Source: Synechococcus sp. A15-28 (GTDB lineage: Bacteria; Cyanobacteriota; Cyanobacteriia; PCC-6307; Cyanobiaceae). Taken from it: a stretch of 32,000 nt of DNA. The notes below the pieces were generated by a model. It searched no databases, was not told the origin of the DNA, and was given only the letters and a program-made list of their open reading frames with translations. Positions 9,121 to 17,166 of the stretch are shown one piece after another. The position numbers and the translations under genes were made by a program. The stretch's first letter is position 1. Every line of letters starts with the position of its first letter. Location of the stretch: assembly GCF_014280175.1 (NCBI RefSeq), contig NZ_CP047931.1:1050001-1082000 (forward strand), read 5' to 3'.

Positions 9121-12100
9121 TCACACCCGCAGCACCGCCTCGTTCTGCTGTCCCTGTTCCTCCACCCGCTGCGCTTCGGTCTTGCCGTCGGCATCAGGGA
9201 TCTGCGCCGCCATCAATCGCAGCCACTCCATCAGCTGCTCGAGTTGCTTCTCCATGGGCAGAACCCCAAGGCCCCGTGCCAGCACCTTGTGCTGAAGCGC
9301 TTTTCCGCTCTGGTACACCAATCGACCATGCAGGTGCTGAGGTAGCCCCTGCCGCAGCAGACGGAAGGCGGGCTCCTCCATCGGTGTCTCCAGAACGATG
9401 TTCGGTTTCTCCGGTTTGATGCGGGAGATCCCGCACCGTCTGGCCAGCAATTTCAACTCCATCAACTGCAACAGGGATTGCACCGCCGCCGGCAGTGCCC
9501 CGTAACGATCCGCCCAACCGGCGGCCAGCTCCACCAATGCCTCGCCGGAGCGACAGTCGGCCGCAGCGCGATAGGCGGCGATCTTCTCGTCGGGATCGGT
9601 GATCCAGTCGGCCGGCACAAATGCTGTGACGGGAAGATCCACCTGGGTGTCGTCGACGCTGGGGATGTCCTGGCCCTGAATCTCCGCCAGTGATTCCTGC
9701 AGCATTTCCATATAGAGGTCAAAGCCGATGGTCCCCATCTGGCCGCTCTGTTCCACCCCCAGAAGGTTGCCGACGCCGCGGATCTCCATGTCGCGCATGG
9801 CCAGCTGATAGCCACTGCCCAGCTGCGCGAACTCCTGAATGGCCCGCAGGCGTTGGCGTGCGTTGTCACTCAGCGAACCATTGCCGGGATAGAACAACCA
9901 GGCGTGAGCCTGAATGCCGCTTCGGCCCACCCGACCCCGCAGCTGGTAAAGCTGGGCCAGTCCGAAACGGTGGGCATCCTCGATCAGAATCGTATTCACC
10001 CGTGGGATGTCGAGGCCGCTTTCGACGATGGTGGTGCAAAGCATCACATCGGCTTCCCCGGCGTTGAAGGCCACCATGGCGCTCTCCAGTTCGCCTTCCG
10101 CCATCTGGCCGTGGGCCACCAGCAGTTTCAGGCCGGGCAGCATCTCCCGCAGTCCCGCAGCCACATCCTCGATGCCCTCCACCCTCGGCACCACATAGAA
10201 CACCTGTCCCCCACGGTCCAGCTCCTGGCGGATGGCGCTGCGCACCGTTTCCGGATCAAGGGCTGCCAGATGGGTTTTGATCGGACGACGCAGCGGCGGT
10301 GGAGTGGTGATCAGGCTCATCTCCCGCACGCCGGACAAGCTCATGTACAGCGTTCTGGGGATCGGCGTCGCCGAAAGGGTGAGGACGTCGACGTCCTTTC
10401 GCAGCACCTTGATCTTCTCCTTCTGATTGACGCCGAAGCGCTGTTCTTCGTCGACCACCAGCAAGCCGAGTTGCTGGAACGAGGCTCCCTTGCCGAGCAG
10501 CTGATGGGTGCCGACCACCGCATCGATGGTGCCCCCCTTGAGGCCCTCCAGGATCGTCTTCCGCTCTGATGCCGTGCGAAAGCGATTCAACAGCGCCACC
10601 TTGATCGGGTAAGGGGCAAACCGTTCGGAGAGTGTTCGCCAGTGCTGCTGGGCCAGCACGGTGGTGGGGGCCAGCATGGCCACCTGTTTCCCCGCTGTGA
10701 TCGCTTTGAAGATGGCGCGAATGGCCACTTCCGTCTTGCCGAAGCCGACATCTCCGCAGACCAGACGGTCCATTGGCTCGGCTTTTTCCATGTCGCCCTT
10801 CACATCGGCGGTGGCCTTCAGCTGATCCGGGGTCGGTTCGTAGGGGAACGACTCCTCCAGTTCGTTCTGCCAGGGACCATCACAGGGGAAGGCGAAGCCA
10901 TCGGCCTGCTGGCGCTCCGCATAGAGCTTCACAAGGTCCATCGCCACCTTGCGGACCGCTTTCTTGGCCCGTTCCTTGGCTTTGGTCCAGGCGGCGCTGC
11001 CCATCTTGCTCAGCTGAGGTGGGGTCTCGCTGGTGGCTCGGTAACGGCCGAGGCTTCCCAGCTGGTCTGCAGCAACCCGGAGGATTCCATCGGCGTACTG
11101 CACCACGAGGTAATCGCGCACGTCGCCTGACACCGCCAGCTTCTCCATCGCTTTGAAGCGACCGATGCCGTGGTTACGATGGACGACAAAGTCCCCGGGC
11201 CGCATCTTGTTGGGATCCACCGTGCGGCTGGCCGCCTTGCGGCGGCGGCGCACGTAACCGCTGGACCCCAGGGTCTGCTGACCGAAGAACTCGCGGTCTG
11301 TGACCAGGGCCAGGCGCCAGGCCGGTAGTTGCAACCCCTCCAGTTCGGCGGTGCCGGACGATTTCAGCGCCACGGGCGTGTTCTGTTCGATCAACCGTCC
11401 AATCGCCGGTGCATCGCCTGGATTGGGAACAAAGCGCCCGATGCAGTCGTGTTCCTCCAGCAGAGCCACCGCCCGACTGGGTTGAGCGGAGATCAGCCAG
11501 ACAGCGGTTTTCTCCTTCTGGAAGCCCTTGATCAGACCACCAAGCTTCCCGAACTGATTCGGATACGCCGGCATCGGACGACTGGCCAGATCAAAACTGT
11601 TGGGGTGGCCGTCCTCCTCGAGCAGTTCTGCCATGTCAAAGCCATGCCAGGCCTCGGCCAGGCCATAGGCCTCCTCGATGCTGCGCTGCAGGACTGCTGG
11701 CCAGAGCGCATCCCGTTCCTCCTCCGAGAAGCCGAGCTCACTTGCCATGTCGCTGTGGTGCTCCACGGCGTGATCCAGCCACTGCTGCCCATGGGCCAGA
11801 CCATGGCGGCGCTCATCAACCACGACCGAGGTGGAGGTCGGGAGATAGTCGAGCAGGCAGGCCGGTTGGCCCCAAGCCAGACCCATCAGGCGACGAAGAC
11901 CTTCGGGGGTGCCTCCCTCAAGAAGCTCTTCAGTGGCTTCATCCCCCAGCAGCTGATCCAGCCCCTCCGGCATGGAGTCCCGCAGTTGATCGGCCACCAG
12001 CGGACCGAATCCCGTGGGGGTGAGCTGCAGGCGCTCCACGGGATCTAGCGAGCGCTGGGTTGCCGGGTCAAATTCCCTGAGTTTGTCCAGCTCTTCCCCG

Positions 12101-12699
12101 AAGAACTCCAGGCGCACCGGCAGTTCACTGCTCACCGGGTAGATGTCGACGATGTCGCCGCGTCGGCTCCACGTCCCTTCCTGGTCGATGGTGGACACCC
12201 GTTCGTAACCGAGGCGAGCCAGGGTGTCCGCCAGGTCGTCCAGGTCAATCTCATCGCCTTTTTTCAGGGTGCGACAGATGGCCTCGAGGGATTCCCTCGG
12301 CGGCAGGTGCGGTTGCAGGCAACGCTCAGTGGCCACGATGGCTTTCGTCGCCGGATCCTCGGTACCGATCAGGTCACTTAAAACCTGCAGCTGTCCCCAG
12401 ATGATTTCGCTGGTGGGATCGAACGGTTCGTAGGGCGATCCCTCGCTGGTGGGATAGAGGCTGGCGCTGCTCCACCCCATCAGTTCCAGCAGAGCCGTCC
12501 AGCGACCGGCTTCCTCAAGGGTGGGCACCACCACCAGCAACGGCCTCTTATCCCGTTGTGCAAGGGCGCTCGCGAGCAGCGCACGGCTTATCCGACCGGC
12601 ACCCCGCAACAGCAGACGATCATCACGTTCGCTGCGCTGCAGCAGTTCGCCAGTGAGGGCTGCATCACGCAGCTGGGTCACCAGGGAACGCAGGGGCAT
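9121..12699 (-). CDS. mfd: transcription-repair coupling factor
   Basis: 1192 aa. Contains a CarD-like segment (GDFVVHRNHGIGRF), helicase Walker A GDVGFGKTEVA, DEEQRFG box and a C-terminal TRCF domain. Confidence 0.95.
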   Translation of the reverse strand: MPLRSLVTQLRDAALTGELLQRSERDDRLLLRGAGRISRALLASALAQRDKRPLLVVVPTLEEAGRWTALLELMGWSSASLYPTSEGSPYEPFDPTSEIIWGQLQVLSDLIGTEDPATKAIVATERCLQPHLPPRESLEAICRTLKKGDEIDLDDLADTLARLGYERVSTIDQEGTWSRRGDIVDIYPVSSELPVRLEFFGEELDKLREFDPATQRSLDPVERLQLTPTGFGPLVADQLRDSMPEGLDQLLGDEATEELLEGGTPEGLRRLMGLAWGQPACLLDYLPTSTSVVVDERRHGLAHGQQWLDHAVEHHSDMASELGFSEEERDALWPAVLQRSIEEAYGLAEAWHGFDMAELLEEDGHPNSFDLASRPMPAYPNQFGKLGGLIKGFQKEKTAVWLISAQPSRAVALLEEHDCIGRFVPNPGDAPAIGRLIEQNTPVALKSSGTAELEGLQLPAWRLALVTDREFFGQQTLGSSGYVRRRRKAASRTVDPNKMRPGDFVVHRNHGIGRFKAMEKLAVSGDVRDYLVVQYADGILRVAADQLGSLGRYRATSETPPQLSKMGSAAWTKAKERAKKAVRKVAMDLVKLYAERQQADGFAFPCDGPWQNELEESFPYEPTPDQLKATADVKGDMEKAEPMDRLVCGDVGFGKTEVAIRAIFKAITAGKQVAMLAPTTVLAQQHWRTLSERFAPYPIKVALLNRFRTASERKTILEGLKGGTIDAVVGTHQLLGKGASFQQLGLLVVDEEQRFGVNQKEKIKVLRKDVDVLTLSATPIPRTLYMSLSGVREMSLITTPPPLRRPIKTHLAALDPETVRSAIRQELDRGGQVFYVVPRVEGIEDVAAGLREMLPGLKLLVAHGQMAEGELESAMVAFNAGEADVMLCTTIVESGLDIPRVNTILIEDAHRFGLAQLYQLRGRVGRSGIQAHAWLFYPGNGSLSDNARQRLRAIQEFAQLGSGYQLAMRDMEIRGVGNLLGVEQSGQMGTIGFDLYMEMLQESLAEIQGQDIPSVDDTQVDLPVTAFVPADWITDPDEKIAAYRAAADCRSGEALVELAAGWADRYGALPAAVQSLLQLMELKLLARRCGISRIKPEKPNIVLETPMEEPAFRLLRQGLPQHLHGRLVYQSGKALQHKVLARGLGVLPMEKQLEQLMEWLRLMAAQIPDADGKTEAQRVEEQGQQNEAVLRV

Positions 12700-12761
12700 G
12701 GTGCTGTTCGGTCGGCAATCGCTGATCTTCGCAATAGGCTGCGACCGACCGCGTCAGGACC

Positions 12762-12998
12762 TTGCCGCGCTACCGCTGTCCATCCTGTTGTTGCGGTCCG
12801 GCCGTGGTGTTGAAGCCCCCTCGGGGTGCAGTGCCGCTTTGTTTTCGTTGTGGTGAGCCGCTGGAGAGGCAGCCGCTGGTGCGTCCCCTTCCTCTGGTGG
12901 TGTTTCTGGCCGTGGGCAGTGTTCTGGTGTTGTCCTCCATCCCCTTGATTCAGAACCCCACACCTCCACGACCGATCGATCGCGGCCGAAGCGCCTGA
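12762..12998 (+). CDS. hypothetical zinc-ribbon membrane protein (78 aa)
   Basis: Two CxxC pairs (CPSC and CFRC) followed by a hydrophobic helix (LPLVVFLAVGSVLVLSSIPLI). The only available start is a TTG at 12762, and there is no internal ATG, which lowers confidence. Confidence 0.45.
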   Translation: MPRYRCPSCCCGPAVVLKPPRGAVPLCFRCGEPLERQPLVRPLPLVVFLAVGSVLVLSSIPLIQNPTPPRPIDRGRSA

Positions 12999-13017
12999 TC
13001 AGGATTGACGGCTCAGA

Positions 13018-13911
13018 ATGGGGAGGTCTCGGATTTCTCTGATGGGTACGGCACCTCAGGCACTGCTCTTGTCGACCATTGCCACTGATGCGAACGACTG
13101 GCATATCGGTCGGTTCAGCCTCTTGGGCACCATGATCCGCACCGCCGGAGAGGAGATGGATCCGTCCTTCAACCTCACCATCAGCGACTACCCCACCAGC
13201 GACGCCGAGCGGAAGCTCTTGCAAGACAACCTGTCATCCGGCCGGTACGGACAGATCTGGTTGATCGCTCCCGATCTGGACAACGGGCCTGACGCTGGCT
13301 TCTTCCGGGCTCTGGAAGCGGCGGTGAAAGGGGGCACGGATCTTGTCATAGCCCGCGATCACACCGATCTGGGCTGCTGTCTGCTTGAGCTGAAGGACTG
13401 TCTCGATGATGTGGGTCAGACCCAGACGTTTCAACGCACCTGGACCGATCTGCCCAAGGATCGGGAGTATGCCGACCCAGCCTGTGCCGCGATCGTGACC
13501 CCTTGTGTTGTCACAGGGCAGAACGGTGGTGTTCAAATCTGCCGTCAGCGGGCTGAACACCCCCTGCTCAACTTTGCGTCGATGATTCCAGGGCACCTTG
13601 TGATTCCAGCCCACCCCCATGAGGGCGTGATCCGAAAGGTGGCAGCGTCTCAGACTGTTCTTCTCTCAAGCTTCTCCATCACCAGCGGACGCGAGCAGAC
13701 CACGGCGATCGTGGATGAAGCGGAGGGCCGTGGGATGGTGCTTCATCACTCCACGTTCCATCACTTCGCGGATTACAACCTGGATGTTGCTAAGGGAGCC
13801 CCGGATTTTGTGCTCGATCCCCCGTCAACACAGACCGCCGAGTCACCGGCTTTGTTGAACGACATCAAGGACTATGTGCGATCTGTTGTGCGCTACGCAC
13901 AAACAAATTAG
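13018..13911 (+). CDS. hypothetical protein, 297 aa, possibly ThuA-like / class-I glutamine-amidotransferase-like fold
   Basis: Long ORF with good codon usage. Weak resemblance in layout to ThuA-like proteins (LLLST...DWHIGRF; GQIWLIAP...FRALEAAVKGGTDLVIARDH; HPLL...PAHPHEG; GRGMVLHHSTFHH). The family call is tentative. An alternative ATG lies at 13042. Confidence 0.6.
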   Translation: MGRSRISLMGTAPQALLLSTIATDANDWHIGRFSLLGTMIRTAGEEMDPSFNLTISDYPTSDAERKLLQDNLSSGRYGQIWLIAPDLDNGPDAGFFRALEAAVKGGTDLVIARDHTDLGCCLLELKDCLDDVGQTQTFQRTWTDLPKDREYADPACAAIVTPCVVTGQNGGVQICRQRAEHPLLNFASMIPGHLVIPAHPHEGVIRKVAASQTVLLSSFSITSGREQTTAIVDEAEGRGMVLHHSTFHHFADYNLDVAKGAPDFVLDPPSTQTAESPALLNDIKDYVRSVVRYAQTN

Positions 13912-14004
13912 GAAAATAATTCAGATGAGCATAATTGAGTAATTCAAATTTTCGAAATGAGTAAGAGTGATTTTGGGGTACGACGTGCAGATATTGTTTT
14001 CATT

Positions 14005-14027
14005 GGCAAGGCTAAAGCCTTTGAGCC
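14005..14027. terminator. imperfect hairpin in AT-rich convergent spacer (candidate bidirectional terminator)
   Basis: The sequence GGC-AAGGC-TAAA-GCCTT-TGA-GCC forms an 8-bp stem with a 3-nt bulge and a tetraloop. It lies between the convergent 297-aa gene and the DUF2808-like gene. Neither side has a clean U-tract. Confidence 0.25.
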
Positions 14028-14047
14028 TGCGGGTTGCTAATTATATG

Positions 14048-14593
14048 CTATCGATAGTCGTTATTGCGGTAAATGGAGACTCTTAATGTTGGACCATCGC
14101 TGGCGATTGGATCGTTCCCCTCAGGTATAAAGGTTGTTGACCACTGGTAAATGTCTGCGTCGGGATTGAAGCTGCGGAACACGATATTCACCTGCTGGCC
14201 GGGCTCAATTGCTGGATTAAAGCGAATGCTTAGCTCATCACCGCCTTCTGAGATTGTGGCTTCGGCAAGGCCTGGTTCACCACGGCGTCGGAGGCCGTAG
14301 TCACCGAGATAGACCATGGGGTTTCTGCGGCCCCAGGTCCATTGGTCGAGATTGGTCTGTTGAGAGAGAACCACGCGTTCCAGTTCAGCTCCAGCATTCG
14401 CTGGAACATGAATACTGATCGTGGTTCGATTGCGCTGCCCCTCTGTGGCAGAGGGATTGTGAATGCTCGCCTCCGTTGGAGGACTGCGGAAAAAGGTCTG
14501 TGCAGACGCCATTCCGCTGAAGATCAGAGCACTCAATCCACTGAACAGAGCGAAACTGAGTCTGGTCATGGCCATGGATAGCAAGGAGAGCAT
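14048..14593 (-). CDS. secreted DUF2808-like cyanobacterial protein
   Basis: Signal peptide (MLSLLSMAMTRLSFALFSGLSALIFSGMASA-QTF). The body resembles the cyanobacterial DUF2808 family (from memory): IHVPANAGAELERVVLSQ...NIVFRSFNPDADIYQW. The longest ORF starts at a GTG at 14611; the ATG at 14593 is preferred. About 45-53% GC in the 3' third, lower than the flanks. Confidence 0.7.
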   Translation of the reverse strand: MLSLLSMAMTRLSFALFSGLSALIFSGMASAQTFFRSPPTEASIHNPSATEGQRNRTTISIHVPANAGAELERVVLSQQTNLDQWTWGRRNPMVYLGDYGLRRRGEPGLAEATISEGGDELSIRFNPAIEPGQQVNIVFRSFNPDADIYQWSTTFIPEGNDPIASDGPTLRVSIYRNNDYR

Positions 14594-14615
14594 TGTGCTG
14601 GGCGACTTCACAGCA

Positions 14616-15362
14616 TCAAGAGGTCTTGAGTGCCTGCTCCTCCAGCAGCATGTTGAACTGCAGAAGCTGTTCGTCGGTGAGCTGCTGTCGGCTGCTGGCC
14701 TGCAGCTGCTCCTGCAGAAATGCTCGTGCCTGCTCGGCCTTCCAGCCCAGTTTTTTCAGCATCTGATCACCTTGGCTGATCAGATCACTGCGGCGAATCG
14801 GTATGTGGGCCTGATCCGGTTGCTCCTGGGGTTGCAGTTGACGCAGTTGGCGCAGGTAAGCCACCAGATCGGCATAGCGGGTCAGTCGATGGCGACTGGC
14901 ATGGCCGAAGGCCCGTTCTAAGTAGATGCGTTCCTGGTCCCGCCCCCAGCCGATACGCTTCAGCTCCAGATCAATGGCGGTCAATTCCTCGCTCCAGTCC
15001 TCAGGATCCGTCGGGGTTTCCGAAGGGGGATCCAGCGCGGGTGTGATCGGTTGTTTCTCGGAGGCTGAGGACTGCTCCACGGCGACCGGCTGCGCTGTCG
15101 CGACCGATTTCCTGAGGGGTGCAGGTTGAGGACTGGGTTCCGAAACTCTTGGCTGGGGCGGCATGGGCGCTGGGGCCTCCCGCGTGATGGCATCACCTCC
15201 CGCCAGCCTCTCCTGCAGTCGCTGCCGGGCGCGGTCTTCGGCCTCTTCCGCGCTGGCAGCCTCGCCGAGGCAGCTGGCGACGCAGAGCTCACCTTTCCAG
15301 GCTGCGGCCCGCACGATGCAGCGCAGGGTGTCGACATGACACAACTCGGCTCGTACCTGCAT
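14616..15362 (-). CDS. hypothetical protein with Pro-rich linker and two tandem ~45-aa C-terminal repeats
   Basis: ATG start at 15362. Cys-containing N-terminal module, a P/S/Q-rich linker, then two LKK(I/L)GW...LT...L repeats. No family name recalled. Confidence 0.65.
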   Translation of the reverse strand: MQVRAELCHVDTLRCIVRAAAWKGELCVASCLGEAASAEEAEDRARQRLQERLAGGDAITREAPAPMPPQPRVSEPSPQPAPLRKSVATAQPVAVEQSSASEKQPITPALDPPSETPTDPEDWSEELTAIDLELKRIGWGRDQERIYLERAFGHASRHRLTRYADLVAYLRQLRQLQPQEQPDQAHIPIRRSDLISQGDQMLKKLGWKAEQARAFLQEQLQASSRQQLTDEQLLQFNMLLEEQALKTS

Positions 15363-15399
15363 CCGTCTGGATCCAATGCGCTCTTTCTAGGCTGCCGGG

Positions 15400-16128
15400 A
15401 TGGACATCACGGCTCTTCCCTCACTCTCTGACGTTTTCGAGGGTGCAGATCAATGGGGGGAGGTGTTGGCACTGTTGCCGGTGCTGGTGATGTTGGAGCT
15501 GATTCTGTCGGCTGACAATGCTGTTGCCCTGGCAGCGATTGCCCGGACCAGCCGCAGTCCCGAACAGGAGCGACTGGCTCTGAACATCGGCATCGGTCTT
15601 GCCATGCTGCTTCGTGTTGGCCTGATTGCCCTGGCGCAGTGGGTGTTGCAGAGCCCATGGGTTCAACTGCTGGCTGCTGCCTATCTGTTCTGGCTGTTCA
15701 TCACGCATCTGCGTTACTCCTCCCACGACAACTCGGATGAGGCCACGGCTCAGGCTGGTTCGTCGCAGCCCAGAAGTTTGCTGAACACCGTCTTGCTGCT
15801 GGGGTTCACCGATCTCGCCTTCTCGATCGACAGCGTTGCGGCGGCTGTGGCGGTGAGTGATCAGATCCTTCTGATCAGCGCGGGAGCGGTGATCGGCATC
15901 ATTGCCCTCCGTTTCACGTCCGGATTGTTCATTCGCTGGCTCGACGAGTACGAACGACTCGAGACCGCCGGATTTCTGTCGGTTGCTTTTGTGGCCGTGC
16001 GCCTGCTGATCCACGTGCTCGTTCCACAGTTGAATCAACCGGATTGGTTGACCCTGCTGGTGGTGTTCGTCTTGTTTGCCTGGGGATTTTCCGTGCGCTC
16101 CCCGATGGAGACCGATCGTGCTGGTTGA
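15400..16128 (+). CDS. terC: TerC-family integral membrane protein
   Basis: Multi-span protein carrying the TerC signature LELILSADNAVALAAIA and a second DxxF/S-type half (FTDLAFSIDSVAAAVAV). Confidence 0.85.
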   Translation: MDITALPSLSDVFEGADQWGEVLALLPVLVMLELILSADNAVALAAIARTSRSPEQERLALNIGIGLAMLLRVGLIALAQWVLQSPWVQLLAAAYLFWLFITHLRYSSHDNSDEATAQAGSSQPRSLLNTVLLLGFTDLAFSIDSVAAAVAVSDQILLISAGAVIGIIALRFTSGLFIRWLDEYERLETAGFLSVAFVAVRLLIHVLVPQLNQPDWLTLLVVFVLFAWGFSVRSPMETDRAG

Positions 16129-16456
16129 GCTGCGCCAGGCCGGTAGCGAGGCTCTGCTCGATCGATTGGATCTGGAGAATGCCCCGCAGCCGGGACGTTG
16201 GCTGGAGCTGGAGGACAAGAGCTTCCTGGTGCTGCAGCGGCGCCACCGCTACACCTTGCGCAACGGTCGCTACGAAATCGCTTCGGTGGCCCTGTTGGTC
16301 AAACCCCAGATCAAGCCAGCCGATGCTCAACGATGGCGCGATGGTTGGATGATCGGTGACCCCGACTGTCGCTTCAATGCCCGCAGTCCTCTGCTGCGTT
16401 GTGCCGTCTGGCCTGAGGGACCCTGCGATGCCTGCACGCACCGTGAGCTGCGATGA
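16118..16456 (+). CDS. conserved-looking hypothetical protein with C-terminal 4-Cys motif
   Basis: The reading frame overlaps the terC stop. The GTG at 16118 (VLVELRQ...) is the likely start; the longest ORF starts at 16076 inside terC. C-terminal GDPDCRFNARSPLLRCAVWPEGPCDAC resembles a cyanobacterial DUF (recalled as DUF6464, unverified). The stop overlaps the next start (ATGA). Confidence 0.6.
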   Translation: MLVELRQAGSEALLDRLDLENAPQPGRWLELEDKSFLVLQRRHRYTLRNGRYEIASVALLVKPQIKPADAQRWRDGWMIGDPDCRFNARSPLLRCAVWPEGPCDACTHRELR

Positions 16457-17106
16457 CCCGGGACGGATGGATCCGCACCACAGTGGTGCCTGGCCATGGG
16501 GTGGCATCCGGCAGAAGCGCCTCATCGCCCTATCCAGAGGGAACAATTGCCATGCAGCGGCCGTTGTTTGCACAACGTGGGCTGGATCTGTCTGATTGCT
16601 GGCCTGGAACCCTGAACCTCAGCGTTGCCCCACTGGAACTTCGGCTCCGTGATCCCGACCACACCTTTCCCCTCCTCCACTGGACTGACCTGCACCCTGC
16701 GGAAACCTTCTCCTTCTGGCGCATCACCATCTATTCAGACCTTCATGGTGAGGTGCTGGCCTGGATTTACTACCCCCATTCTGAGACGAAGGAACGTCAC
16801 CACCAGCCGCGTTCCGTGGTGGAGGTTTTGGCACCAAGGATGAGGGGGGTCGGGGCGTGTGACGAGCTTCTGTTCAAGGACGCCAGGAACCGGATCAGCT
16901 GCGTGGATGGTGTACGGCTGAGAGCCCAGTTGCTTGAGTTTCTGAAGTTCCGGGTGCTCGCCGCTCAAGATGGTTTCTTTATTGAGTCCAGCCTTGCGGA
17001 ACGCCGGAGTTGGTTGCGTCAACACCACCCCCAGGCGCTGGGGTTGGACGATCCTTCCCTGCAAATAGTCTGGGATCGTGCCCTCGCGCTGTACACCGAG
17101 ACCTGA
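16453..17106 (+). CDS. hypothetical protein with N-terminal DUF120 / CTP-dependent (archaeal-type) riboflavin-kinase-like domain
   Basis: VVPGHGVASG...CWPGTLNLSV...VVEVLAPRMRG parallels the archaeal RibK pattern VVSGLGEG...YEGTLNLKL...IIEIIAPMKLR (from memory). The C-terminal ~70 aa are helical with no recognised family. Confidence 0.65.
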   Translation: MTRDGWIRTTVVPGHGVASGRSASSPYPEGTIAMQRPLFAQRGLDLSDCWPGTLNLSVAPLELRLRDPDHTFPLLHWTDLHPAETFSFWRITIYSDLHGEVLAWIYYPHSETKERHHQPRSVVEVLAPRMRGVGACDELLFKDARNRISCVDGVRLRAQLLEFLKFRVLAAQDGFFIESSLAERRSWLRQHHPQALGLDDPSLQIVWDRALALYTET

Positions 17107-17166
17107 TTTCCTTCGGCGAATCGACGCCGGTCTTCTTAATATTTGTTTACAGGTGATGGTCTGAGG

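Noticed and set aside
8866-9345. 159-aa and 125-aa plus-strand ORFs spanning the ctpA-mfd gap
   Set aside because: They overlap the 3' end of mfd in antisense and also the small membrane ORF. Their composition is not protein-like.
12754-13224. 156-aa minus-strand ORF across the Zn-ribbon ORF and the start of the 297-aa gene
   Set aside because: The sequence is low-complexity and P/R/G-rich. It overlaps two better-supported plus-strand ORFs, and it would leave no promoter space next to mfd.
15363-15399. Possible Mn (yybP-ykoY) riboswitch upstream of terC, as seen for TerC/Alx genes in other bacteria
   Set aside because: Only 37 nt separate terC from the divergent upstream gene, far too short for that riboswitch. 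No conserved riboswitch elements were seen.
15421-16218. 265-aa minus-strand ORF
   Set aside because: It is antisense to terC, is Q/R/H-rich, and has no membrane or domain features.
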